Source: a virus. From it: DNA of 64,000 bases. The stretch is taken from positions 1 to 64,000 of the IMG/VR virus record IMGVR_UViG_3300020595_003017. One strand, written 5' to 3'. A program made the position numbers and the translations under genes. Below are positions 8,759-17,964 of this stretch, piece after piece. The notes below the pieces were generated by a model, which did not search any database, was not told the DNA's origin, and worked only from the letters and a program-made list of their open reading frames with translations. Position 1 is the first letter of the stretch. Each line of letters starts with the position of its first letter.

Positions 8759-9183
8759 AAAAAGATTATAATTACATCGCTGCTCTTGAGAAAGCTATCG
8801 CCGAAAAATATGGAAAAGATGCTGTCCAGGATTTTCGTTCCATGTGGACCCCAGAGAAAGAAAAAGATTACCTATCCGACCTAAAAGAAAAATACGACAA
8901 AGAAAAAACAAGCAAAAATGAAGTATTTGAAGTTAGGGGCGTTGAAATTCGTATTAACTCAATTGCGACAAAGAAAGAAAGAACTTGCCCTGTATGTAAA
9001 ACATATTCATTTTCTGGCAAGGACGACCTATATATGAATAGGTTTGATTGTTGTTACGAATGTTATGTAGATTTTGTAGCTCATGAAGAACAACGTTGGG
9101 CTGACGGCTGGAGACCAGACTCAGAACGTTTAGCTTACGCTTTTAGGAGAAGAAAAAATGGCAACAGTGCTAGAGATAGTTAG
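8755..9183 (+). CDS. Hypothetical Zn-finger protein upstream of terminase
   Basis: ATG at 8755 overlaps the previous stop; CPVC...CCYEC motif. Confidence 0.65.
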   Translation: MKKDYNYIAALEKAIAEKYGKDAVQDFRSMWTPEKEKDYLSDLKEKYDKEKTSKNEVFEVRGVEIRINSIATKKERTCPVCKTYSFSGKDDLYMNRFDCCYECYVDFVAHEEQRWADGWRPDSERLAYAFRRRKNGNSARDS

Positions 9184-9721
9184 AGGTTTAAGTCAGGCTG
9201 CTGCGAACGCTTATGACGGAGCCCTGGATGAAAACGGCGATGTTTTACAGGTCGGCTTAAATAGAGAAGAAGGGCATCCAATTTTAGATAAGCGCATTAT
9301 CGACGGTTTTGGAGTCAAGTTTGCTGGTGATAAACTAGTGGTCACTTATCATAGTGAGGTTAACTTGAAAGAGGTTCACCCAAGAAATCAATTTGAAAAT
9401 GAAATAGAGCGTAAGTTTGGTGACATTGTTAAGTTTTTAAAGAAAGAATATAAAAAAGTAACCAAAAGCTCTGTATCTCTTACAGAAGTTGCTGATGCAG
9501 ACGTAATAGTCCAATCTACCTCTAGAGTAAAATCTTGGGTGCAAGCCACAAAGCAGTATAAAATTGGTGGGCTAGATGAGGTAGAGTCAGTCAGAAAATC
9601 TTCAGAGAGAGATCAAGATAAGCCGTTTGAAAAAAGATTTAAGGATTTTTTGGAATTATCTTCGGACAAGAGACCGTCAAACGACAAGTCTACCAAAAAT
9701 CCAGATACGCCAGAGGCATAA
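9158..9721 (+). CDS. Hypothetical protein, possible head-assembly factor
   Basis: 187-aa ORF immediately before terL. Confidence 0.6.
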   Translation: MATVLEIVRGLSQAAANAYDGALDENGDVLQVGLNREEGHPILDKRIIDGFGVKFAGDKLVVTYHSEVNLKEVHPRNQFENEIERKFGDIVKFLKKEYKKVTKSSVSLTEVADADVIVQSTSRVKSWVQATKQYKIGGLDEVESVRKSSERDQDKPFEKRFKDFLELSSDKRPSNDKSTKNPDTPEA

Positions 9722-11293
9722 ATGTCACTCTCTAAACGAGAGATAATGGCGGAGATTGTCCGCTGCGGAAAAGACCCGGCTTATTTTTGCAATACTTATG
9801 CAAAAATTTCACACCCTATGAAGGGTTTGATTAGTTTTGATTTATATGATTTTCAGAAAGATGCCCTTGAGGATTTTAAACGAAACAGGTTTAATGTAAT
9901 CTTGAAGGCACGCCAGTTGGGTATTTCTACTACAGTGGCTGCCTATGTTTGTTGGATGATGCTTTTTCATAGGGATAAGAATGTTCTTGTCGTGGCCACT
10001 AAGTTGGGAACAGCTACTAATTTAGTAAAGAAAATAAAAGCAATTCACAGGCACCTACCCCAATGGCTAAAGATTGCATCCATTAGCATTGATAATCGAA
10101 CTTCTTTTGAATTGAGTAATGGCTCACAAGTTAAAGCATCATCGACATCTGGTGATGCAGGTCGATCAGAAGCTTTATCGTTGCTGGTTGTTGACGAGGC
10201 TGCGTTTGTGGAAGGGATGGAAGAACTTTGGGCTGGTTTATATCCTACTCTTTCTACGGGTGGTCGCTGTGTTGCTTTATCTACACCTAATGGGGTTGGG
10301 AACTGGTTTCATAAAACTTATACTGAGGCTGAAGAGGATAAGAATGATTTTCACACAATCAAATTACCCTGGGACGTACATCCAGATCGAGATGAACAAT
10401 GGTTTGAAAAAGAGACAAGAAATATGTCTCGGAGAGAAATTGCTCAAGAGTTAGAATGTAACTTTAATGCATCAGGGGAAACAGTTATTCATGGTGACGA
10501 CCTCAAGTTAATGCTGGAGAGTTTGTTTGAACCTAAGAGACGCACAGGATTTGATAGAAACTATTGGATCTGGGACGAGCCCAAAGAAAACTCAGATTAC
10601 TTATTGGTTGCCGATGTCGCCAGAGGTGATGGTACTGATTTTAGTGTAGCTCAGGTTTTTGATATAAAATCTATGACTCAAGTGGCTGAATACCAAGGTA
10701 AAATTACACCTGATATGTTTGCTCCACTGCTTTTTTCAATAGCTAGTGAATACAACAATGCACTATTAGTGATCGAAAATAATTCATTGGGTATCGGGGT
10801 ATTAAGTAGACTTAGGGATCTGGAGTATAAAAATTTATATTATAGTGTAAAATCTACTCATGAATATGTTGACGAATTAACTGCTGATGCTATTGGAGGT
10901 GTGCCAGGTTTTACAATGTCGATGAAAACTCGTCCGCTAGTGATAGCTAAGTTTGAAGAATTCATTAGAAATAAACTAATTACTATTAATTCTATGCGAT
11001 TAGCTAATGAAATAAAAACATTTGTATGGCACAATGGGAGACCGCAGGCTATGAGAAGTTATAATGACGATCTAGTTATAGCCACTGCCATAGGGTGTTG
11101 GGTCAGGGATACAGCTTTAGTTACAAACAAAAGAGATATTGAGTATAAAAAGGCGATGTTATCCGGCATATCAGTTTCAAGCACTACTTTGAATACTAAA
11201 ATACATGGACAACACGGACACAGAGGACAGCCAACCACATTTAAAGGAACTGATGGAAGATCACATGATATGGGATGGATAATAAAAGGATAA
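9722..11293 (+). CDS. terL: Terminase large subunit (T4 gp17-like)
   Basis: LKARQLGIST Walker A, LLVVDEAAF Walker B, STPNG, nuclease ADVARGDGTDFS and DDLVIA. Confidence 0.95.
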   Translation: MSLSKREIMAEIVRCGKDPAYFCNTYAKISHPMKGLISFDLYDFQKDALEDFKRNRFNVILKARQLGISTTVAAYVCWMMLFHRDKNVLVVATKLGTATNLVKKIKAIHRHLPQWLKIASISIDNRTSFELSNGSQVKASSTSGDAGRSEALSLLVVDEAAFVEGMEELWAGLYPTLSTGGRCVALSTPNGVGNWFHKTYTEAEEDKNDFHTIKLPWDVHPDRDEQWFEKETRNMSRREIAQELECNFNASGETVIHGDDLKLMLESLFEPKRRTGFDRNYWIWDEPKENSDYLLVADVARGDGTDFSVAQVFDIKSMTQVAEYQGKITPDMFAPLLFSIASEYNNALLVIENNSLGIGVLSRLRDLEYKNLYYSVKSTHEYVDELTADAIGGVPGFTMSMKTRPLVIAKFEEFIRNKLITINSMRLANEIKTFVWHNGRPQAMRSYNDDLVIATAIGCWVRDTALVTNKRDIEYKKAMLSGISVSSTTLNTKIHGQHGHRGQPTTFKGTDGRSHDMGWIIKG

Positions 11294-11296
11294 AAA

Positions 11297-13204
11297 ATGA
11301 GCGATAACAATTCAAACAACAATAACAATAACCCTAGAAACGTACAGTCTTCGCTTTTCAAGAGACTGACAAGATTATTTAGCGGACCAATTGTAAACTA
11401 TGATCGGCCATTACCAGCTAGCTCTAGAGGCTCTAGGGATGTTAAAAAGTATACGTTTAAAACTAATACAGGCAGAGAGTTTAAAAAGAATGAGTACTAC
11501 AATCCTTTTACGGATTACAATAGCAAAGTCTTGCACGCAAGAAATAAACAGGTTAGGTACACCGATTTTGAACAAATGGAATACATGCCGGAGATTGCCT
11601 CCGCTCTTGACGTTTACGCCGATGAAATAACCACATCTAATGCTTTGTCTGATTTGGTTAATATCGAGTGCCACAATCAAGAAATCAAAGAAATAATCAA
11701 ATTACTTTTGTATGGCGTCCTAAACATTGATTCAAATCTTTTTGGCTGGGCGAGAAGCATGTGTAAGTATGGTGATTACTATTTATACATTGACATTGAC
11801 GATACTATGGGTATAACGAATGTCATCCCTCTACCAGTTAGGCAGGTTGAAAGAATAGAGGGCACGGACCCAACGAACCCAAATTATATCCAATATTTCT
11901 GGGAAAATGCTGATGCTGGTAAAGGAGTTACCTTTGAGAATTGGCAAGTATCACATTTTCGTGTCCTAGGTAATGACAAATATGTCCCATATGGAACGTC
12001 TGTACTAGAGCCATCTCGCCGAATTTGGCGACAGTTATCTTTATTGGAAGATGCGATGATGGCTTACCGTATTGTCAGATCACCCGAGCGTCGTGTTTTC
12101 TATATTGATGTTGGGAACATCGCCGCTGAAGATGTGGAGCAATATATTGAGCGTGTCAAGACCCAGATGAAAAGAAACCAGATTGTTGACGAAGATTCAG
12201 GGCGAGTTGATTTAAGATACAACGCTATGAGTATCGACGAAGATTATTATATACCAGTAAGAGGTGATAAGAATAGCACTAGAATTGAAACAATCGCTGG
12301 CGGGCAATTTACAGGCGACATCGACGATGTTCAGTATCTTAGGGATAAACTGTTCTCTGCCTTAAAAGTTCCGAAAGCTTATTTGGCCCAATCCGACTCA
12401 ATGGAGGATAAGACCACGTTAGCTCAAAAAGATATCAGATTTGCCAGAACAATTCAAAGACTTCAAAGAGTCGTTATTGCCGAATTGGAAAAACTTTGTG
12501 TAGTTCATTTATTTTCTTTAGGGTTTAGAGACAAAGATTTGTTATCGTTTAAGTTATCTTTGAACAATCCTTCTAAGCTGGCTGAATTACAAGAATTGGA
12601 ACATCTAAGAACTAAATTTGATATTGCTGGTAGCGCCACCGACGGGTACTTCTCCAAAAGATGGGTCTATAAGAATATATTCAAATTATCAGAAGAAGAA
12701 ATACAGAGAATGCAGATAGAGCAATTCTCCGATGCAAAATTAAGCTCCATTATAGAACAAACTGGCGAAGCAGCAGCCGGCGGTGAAGGTGGCGGTGAAG
12801 GTGGACTTGATGATCTTCTAGGTGACGAAGGGGGTGATGACGCTGGAGATGATCTTCTGGGCGATACCGGAGATGAGGGCGATGAGGATGAGGGTCCGCT
12901 TTTGGCACAACCTGGAGACGAGCCAGATGAACCAGCGCAACGAGATGACGGATACACTCCAGTTACCTCGACTAAATTTAAACAAGGGGCAAGAAAAAGA
13001 AGTTATTTGTCATCTGTGGGAAACAATATTGCCTCATCCTCCGAAAGAAACCTATTTAAAGGGTGGAGCGGTGAAATGGGACCCCTCTCCAGGGGGATTG
13101 TTGGCGAAGCGTTAGATAAAGAAGAGAAACTTCTTCATGAAACCCAGCACGAAGTCAAACAACTAATAGAACAGTTGGAGCGAAAAAATGAAAAAGAGAC
13201 ATAA
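11297..13204 (+). CDS. Portal protein (T4 gp20-like) with acidic Gly-rich C-terminal tail
   Basis: YRIVRSPERRVFYIDVGN, EDYYIPVRG, DIDDVQYLRDKLFSALKVPKAYL, DIRFARTIQRLQ. Confidence 0.93.
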   Translation: MSDNNSNNNNNNPRNVQSSLFKRLTRLFSGPIVNYDRPLPASSRGSRDVKKYTFKTNTGREFKKNEYYNPFTDYNSKVLHARNKQVRYTDFEQMEYMPEIASALDVYADEITTSNALSDLVNIECHNQEIKEIIKLLLYGVLNIDSNLFGWARSMCKYGDYYLYIDIDDTMGITNVIPLPVRQVERIEGTDPTNPNYIQYFWENADAGKGVTFENWQVSHFRVLGNDKYVPYGTSVLEPSRRIWRQLSLLEDAMMAYRIVRSPERRVFYIDVGNIAAEDVEQYIERVKTQMKRNQIVDEDSGRVDLRYNAMSIDEDYYIPVRGDKNSTRIETIAGGQFTGDIDDVQYLRDKLFSALKVPKAYLAQSDSMEDKTTLAQKDIRFARTIQRLQRVVIAELEKLCVVHLFSLGFRDKDLLSFKLSLNNPSKLAELQELEHLRTKFDIAGSATDGYFSKRWVYKNIFKLSEEEIQRMQIEQFSDAKLSSIIEQTGEAAAGGEGGGEGGLDDLLGDEGGDDAGDDLLGDTGDEGDEDEGPLLAQPGDEPDEPAQRDDGYTPVTSTKFKQGARKRSYLSSVGNNIASSSERNLFKGWSGEMGPLSRGIVGEALDKEEKLLHETQHEVKQLIEQLERKNEKET

Positions 13205-14012
13205 TAAAAAAAGAAACACAGCTTTTTTGTTTGAAATATTAGTTAGGGAGCTAACCAAGTCATTTGTGTCAAAAGACTCCGGCAGATCTTCCAGAATAAA
13301 GAAAATGTTTAAGGAGTCTTTTGGAGATCGTTCAATTCTTAAGAAAGAGTTAGATTGTTATAAGGCTTTAAGAGAGAAGTCTGGTCTTGATAAGTACACA
13401 GCAGAAAAGTTAGTATTTGAAACTAAAAGAGTCTACAACTCTTTGGATCAAGATGAAGTATTTCTAGAGCAATCTAAATTGATCAAAAGAATAAACACGA
13501 ACTTAGGTTCTGAAGTTTATAAAAACTTTGTTCCAAACTATAAAACGTATGCTACAATATCACAGATTTTTGGCGACAAGACGCCTGTAAAAAATCGTGT
13601 CTTGTTAGAGTCAGAAATCATAGATAATCTTGTGACCGAGGGCAAGAAGCAAGAAGACATGAAAACAGTTGATTCTTTGGTCGTTAGAACTTTTACAGAC
13701 AATTTTAATAAAAAGTACGCTGGACTTCTTGAGTCCCAAAGAGAACTTCTAGAAAACTATATTGTGTCCTTCTTAGATAACGGAGTAGATTTTAAAATAT
13801 TTTTGGTGGAACAATTGAATGTTATCAAAAGTAAAATTAAAGACTCACTAAAACTTGAAGAGGTTAAAAACGACAAAGACATGATAGAAAGCACGAAGAA
13901 AACGCTATCTATAGTTGAAAATTTTGATGTCTCTTCGTTCGGCAAAAAAGACTTGATCAAAGTTCTGAAACTTCAAAACCTAGTGAACGAGTACAAAAAA
14001 GATGCCGATTAA
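13188..14012 (+). CDS. Conserved hypothetical protein of the head module
   Basis: 274-aa ORF between portal and protease; starts KHNKKRNTAFLFE. Confidence 0.65.
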   Translation: MKKRHNKKRNTAFLFEILVRELTKSFVSKDSGRSSRIKKMFKESFGDRSILKKELDCYKALREKSGLDKYTAEKLVFETKRVYNSLDQDEVFLEQSKLIKRINTNLGSEVYKNFVPNYKTYATISQIFGDKTPVKNRVLLESEIIDNLVTEGKKQEDMKTVDSLVVRTFTDNFNKKYAGLLESQRELLENYIVSFLDNGVDFKIFLVEQLNVIKSKIKDSLKLEEVKNDKDMIESTKKTLSIVENFDVSSFGKKDLIKVLKLQNLVNEYKKDAD

Positions 14013-14541
14013 GATTAAAATAGGGGACAATGCCAAAAACGAAAGTAAGCCCACCCAGGCCACAGTTGCGCTTAAGATAAGCAAAACACTCAATGGCAAT
14101 CTCCTAATAAACGACCATAAACATATAGACATAGTTATTATGCCTAAAGAGAACAGAATAGTCACTATGCCTAAGCCATACGCTGAAATAGATACCTTTC
14201 AGACGCAGAAAGATTTTCTATATGCCATGTTTAAGGGCGGCGTCACTGAAAATTTGAGCCCCGAAGGCGGTCAAGCATTTGGCATGATTGAGGCTAAATA
14301 TCCGTCAGAGGCGGATGTGGATCCACTTCAAGCTGTCCTTTATCAAATTGAAAAATATATTCACGAATCTAAGGATGATGAACTTGTGTATGATAATTAT
14401 GATGCGAACATAGAGGACAATTTTGTTGACCCATCACCTGAAAAATCAACTGAATATGGTGAGGTCCCTCCATATGAAGACACACCAGAGGGCGCACAGA
14501 CTGCTGTGTATTCTTACTATGGCCATGGGTACAGATATTAA
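14002..14541 (+). CDS. Hypothetical protein of the head module
   Basis: 179-aa ORF overlapping the previous stop. Confidence 0.6.
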   Translation: MPIKIKIGDNAKNESKPTQATVALKISKTLNGNLLINDHKHIDIVIMPKENRIVTMPKPYAEIDTFQTQKDFLYAMFKGGVTENLSPEGGQAFGMIEAKYPSEADVDPLQAVLYQIEKYIHESKDDELVYDNYDANIEDNFVDPSPEKSTEYGEVPPYEDTPEGAQTAVYSYYGHGYRY

Positions 14542-14553
14542 AGAAAGACAAAA

Positions 14554-14898
14554 ATGAATTTGTTGTTATTTATCCTTTGTTGTTACGGGTTAACACAAAT
14601 ATTAGTTTATTCGACATTATTCAAGAGTATTAGACCTGAACACCACTTCTTCCATTGCCCTATGTGTGTTGGCTTTTGGGTTGGAGTTGTTCTTATGCTC
14701 CTAAACCCATTTACAGAACTATTTACCTTTGATGTTTCTTTGGTAAACGTTTTACTGTTAGGTTGTTTATCATCCGGGACATCATATGCGTTGTGTATGC
14801 TTATATCGGACGGAGGATTCCAACATGAATACCGAGTTAAAGGGAATGTGGACCCAAAAGTGGAGACTGAGACCCGTCGCAAGGTGTTGCAGGGGTAG
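14554..14898 (+). CDS. Membrane protein with HCPMC motif (DUF1360-like)
   Basis: Three hydrophobic segments; FHCPMCVGFW. Confidence 0.6.
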   Translation: MNLLLFILCCYGLTQILVYSTLFKSIRPEHHFFHCPMCVGFWVGVVLMLLNPFTELFTFDVSLVNVLLLGCLSSGTSYALCMLISDGGFQHEYRVKGNVDPKVETETRRKVLQG

Positions 14899-14929
14899 TA
14901 GTATCGTGCGGGTAACGCCCGCACTCTAA
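14825..14929 (+). CDS. Possible 34-aa basic Cys-containing overlapping ORF
   Basis: MNTELKGMWTQKWRLRPVARCCRGSSIVRVTPAL*; preceded by GGAGG at about 14810-14814. Confidence 0.35.
   Translation: MNTELKGMWTQKWRLRPVARCCRGSSIVRVTPAL
14906..14924 (+). promoter_or_regulatory. GC-rich hairpin just 5' of the protease SD
   Basis: GTGCGGG-taacg-CCCGCAC perfect 7-bp stem; no U-tract. Confidence 0.5.
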
Positions 14930-14939
14930 GGAGATAAAA

Positions 14940-15536
14940 ATGAATAAGAAATATGTGCTTCAAGAGTTTATGAATCTAGATTATAGTGACGATCTTCTTA
15001 CAGAGGAAGAGCGTGAGGGCAACCGAGCAGGCACCCATCTTATTGTTGCCGGCAAGATTCAGGCTGCTGACGCTAAAAACGGCAATGGTCGTATTTATCC
15101 TCGACCTATACTTGAACGAGAAGTTAAAAACTATGAGAAGCTAGTCAAAGAGGGCCGTGCAATCGGAGAATTAGATCACCCAGACAGTTCAGTAGTAGAA
15201 CTTAAGAATGCTAGCCACGTCATCACAGAAGTGTGGTGGAAAGGTAATGATGTCATGGGCAAAATGAAAATTCTGAATACACCTGCTGGACAAATAGCTC
15301 GCCAGCTTGTTGAGGGCGGCGTTCAGTTGGGTATTTCTAGTCGTGGGCTGGGGTCAACTCGCCAGGAAGGTGGCACCACGATGGTAGAAGATGATTTTCA
15401 GCTTTTATGTTTTGATCTAGTGTCAGAACCAAGCACAACCGGCGCTTTTCTTGTTGCTGAAGGACAAGAGGTTAAGACCCACCTGACAAAGGCTGATCGT
15501 ATTAATCGTGCGCTCAATGACGTGTTGGGAGACTAA
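14940..15536 (+). CDS. Prohead core protease (T4 gp21-like)
   Basis: NGRIYP, GELDHP, GISSRGLGS, FDLVSEPST motifs. Confidence 0.93.
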   Translation: MNKKYVLQEFMNLDYSDDLLTEEEREGNRAGTHLIVAGKIQAADAKNGNGRIYPRPILEREVKNYEKLVKEGRAIGELDHPDSSVVELKNASHVITEVWWKGNDVMGKMKILNTPAGQIARQLVEGGVQLGISSRGLGSTRQEGGTTMVEDDFQLLCFDLVSEPSTTGAFLVAEGQEVKTHLTKADRINRALNDVLGD

Positions 15537-15541
15537 GCAAA

Positions 15542-16801
15542 ATGGGAGCCGGTTTTGCATCTAGCGGCAGTGGTGGCCAGGGCTTTGCTATCAAACTTGA
15601 GGGCGATGGCGACACAAAGCTAGGAAATAGCGACGGTGACCTACATCAGTTCACCGGCAGCGTTGAGATGAACAATAACGTATTTTTCCTAGCAAACGGA
15701 CGTGTAGGTATTAACACTGATTCACCTGCTTATAAACTAGGTGTTGCTGGCAACGTTGGACTCAATGAATACATCTACCATAATGGCGACGCTGATACAT
15801 TTATGAGGTTTCAAGACGATTCGATAAATTTTCAAGCAGGTGGTGCTGATTTTATTACATTAACAGAAGCATCTCAAGATGAAGTTGTTATCAACGAGAA
15901 CAGCACCGATATTGATTTTCGGGCAGAGAGCAACCACAATACTCATATGTTCTTCATTGATGGTGCCAATAGCCGAATTGGGATTGGTACTAACTCAGCG
16001 CAATCTGTCATTCATATTGTTGACCCCTTTGATGCGTATTCAGGCGCTGAAAGGGATGCTGTCATGATTATGAAAAGCAAGAAAGAGACAGGGATCAAAC
16101 TTATCGCTGACTCTGGTAACGACAATCCTGATGGCGAGGCTAACAATCCTTTTGTAGACTTTTACCAAGATGGGCAGTCTGACACATCGGGAAGAGGTCA
16201 GAGAAATGCTAGTATCGCTATGGAGGGCAATGCAGCTACGACATTCACTGGATCTTTGGCCAATTCTTTCTTTATGGATGCTCACGTTCCAAACTCAGCC
16301 CACTCATCACGTCCACTCCAGTTAGCCAGTGATTCAATTAACGGCGGTCACGCTGCTCGTATCACTCTTGAGGGAACAAATGGGTATGTAGGTATCCATA
16401 CATCCACTCCGGACTTTCCTTTGGAGGTTTCTGGAAATACAAGGGTTGCCGGAACAACCACATCTCAGTTTTATGTTACAAATGTAGCCGAACAAGATCT
16501 TGGCAGTGGAACAAGTAGTACTTTAACCCTGGCCTCTGGTACTATGCTTCTAGACGCAGACTCAATTAATGGTATTGATATGGGCGGCATGGAGGTTCAT
16601 GGGTTAGCAATTGCTCGTGGGGGAAACTCCGGCACAAGATTATCACTTATACTCAAGGGGTCTAGTAATAATGTGTTTATCTTACCTTCGGGACTTATAA
16701 GCGGTTCCTTCGATAGTATTAATCCTGCTGCTGGCGTAACTTCATTAGAGTTTATGTGGATAAGCGAGGGAACACATCAAGCTTGGCATCAAGTTAAATA
16801 A
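15542..16801 (+). CDS. Beta-rich fibre-like virion protein
   Basis: Three GxVGIxTxxP-type repeats (GRVGINTDSP, SRIGIGTNSA, GYVGIHTSTP); Gly/Ser/Asn-rich. Confidence 0.6.
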   Translation: MGAGFASSGSGGQGFAIKLEGDGDTKLGNSDGDLHQFTGSVEMNNNVFFLANGRVGINTDSPAYKLGVAGNVGLNEYIYHNGDADTFMRFQDDSINFQAGGADFITLTEASQDEVVINENSTDIDFRAESNHNTHMFFIDGANSRIGIGTNSAQSVIHIVDPFDAYSGAERDAVMIMKSKKETGIKLIADSGNDNPDGEANNPFVDFYQDGQSDTSGRGQRNASIAMEGNAATTFTGSLANSFFMDAHVPNSAHSSRPLQLASDSINGGHAARITLEGTNGYVGIHTSTPDFPLEVSGNTRVAGTTTSQFYVTNVAEQDLGSGTSSTLTLASGTMLLDADSINGIDMGGMEVHGLAIARGGNSGTRLSLILKGSSNNVFILPSGLISGSFDSINPAAGVTSLEFMWISEGTHQAWHQVK

Positions 16802-16813
16802 GAAAGGAAACAA

Positions 16814-17200
16814 ATGAAAAAATCGGAACTCAAAAATATTATTAAAGAATGTGTAAAAGAGGTTATCTTTGAGGAGGGTGTTCTTTCGGGCATCATCACA
16901 GAAGTGGCAAAAGGATTGCAAGCTCCTAGGCTAGTACAAGAGGCTACCAAAGTTAAAAATTCTAGATCTCATAGTGTCAGCCCTAACAGAGAAGTTTTGG
17001 CTTCGATTGCAAAAGATAACTACGCAGACGCAAAAAATAAATTTCAAAATCCGGAGTTGTTTGAGGGCACTAGACCCGCCCCTTCAGGAGATGGCAGAGG
17101 TCCACTCTCGGGGGTAGATCCAAACGACTCTGGAGTAGATTTAAACAATATACCAGGGATGTCTTCCTGGTCCTCATTGGCGAAAGGAACTAGGTCATGA
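16814..17200 (+). CDS. Hypothetical head protein with leader variant MKKSELKNIIKECVKE
   Basis: Leader resembles the MKITKSQL family; located in the head module. Confidence 0.6.
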   Translation: MKKSELKNIIKECVKEVIFEEGVLSGIITEVAKGLQAPRLVQEATKVKNSRSHSVSPNREVLASIAKDNYADAKNKFQNPELFEGTRPAPSGDGRGPLSGVDPNDSGVDLNNIPGMSSWSSLAKGTRS

Positions 17201-17478
17201 GAAATAGAGCTAACCAACAGAAGAACAAGGTGAGTGGTTTTGTTACTGTTCACGCTAACGAGTGCGGAGATAACGCCGACAGAATGATACGCAAATTTAT
17301 CAAAAAGGTGAAAAAAGAAGGTATCATAGACGAAGTTAGGGAACGAAGGTACTTTAAAAAGAAGACCACCGTTCGTGCTGAGCGTAAAAGAAACAAAAAA
17401 AGATTAGTGCAAAAAATAAATAAGCAAAGAGACGAACTATTTACTACAACGAAAACTCGTCTTAAAAGGAGAAAGTGA
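17197..17478 (+). CDS. rpsU: Ribosomal protein bS21 homolog
   Basis: DNADRMIRKFIKKVKKEGIIDEVRERRYFKKKTTVRAERKR matches the bS21 pattern (al/rrFkr...gil.e.r.r..yeKp...r). Confidence 0.8.
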   Translation: MRNRANQQKNKVSGFVTVHANECGDNADRMIRKFIKKVKKEGIIDEVRERRYFKKKTTVRAERKRNKKRLVQKINKQRDELFTTTKTRLKRRK

Positions 17479-17894
17479 TGCCAACTTACGGTGTATCAAG
17501 CAGCTACGTCAGACAAGCAGGTATAGGGAACGCTGCCTCATATCAGGTCTCAGGTAGGCCATATTTGACTGGAAATCTGGATATAGACAACGGCGTTGAG
17601 GACAAGATTGTTTTTCCTGCGGTAACGAAAAGAATTGTAATTCAGAACATGGCAGACATCGACTTAAGGGTCCATTTTGCTACCACGCACTCAACATCGG
17701 TCAATGGAACATCTTGCTTTTTTACATTACCGACGACAAAAGACAAGTTAGATATTGATGTAAAGTGTACAGAGATATATATCTCCAACCCCACTGGAAA
17801 CAATGGCAAGTATGAACTGTACGCAGAACTCACCGGTATTTCTCCGGAGAATATGTTTGAACTTACAGGGTCCGGTATCTCTGGTGCCACATAA
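17478..17894 (+). CDS. Hypothetical beta-rich virion protein (possible head decoration)
   Basis: ATG overlaps the previous stop; beta-strand-like pattern; head-module position. Confidence 0.5.
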   Translation: MPTYGVSSSYVRQAGIGNAASYQVSGRPYLTGNLDIDNGVEDKIVFPAVTKRIVIQNMADIDLRVHFATTHSTSVNGTSCFFTLPTTKDKLDIDVKCTEIYISNPTGNNGKYELYAELTGISPENMFELTGSGISGAT

Positions 17895-17922
17895 ATAATA
17901 CGTTCGTTTAACTTATCGAGCT

Positions 17923-17930
17923 ACTATTTA
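17923..17930 (+). promoter_or_regulatory. ACTATTTA motif, candidate late promoter (scaffold/MCP)
   Basis: Exact motif also at 23538, 26773, 28463, 61372 and 63933, each upstream of a gene start. Confidence 0.55.
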
Positions 17931-17964
17931 CTTTTGATATTTACCATCTTTAAGGGGTATTAGC

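Noticed and set aside
12770-12930. GGC/GAT-rich quasi-repeats in the portal 3' end
   Set aside because: Low-complexity Gly/Asp/Glu coding tail, not a DNA repeat element
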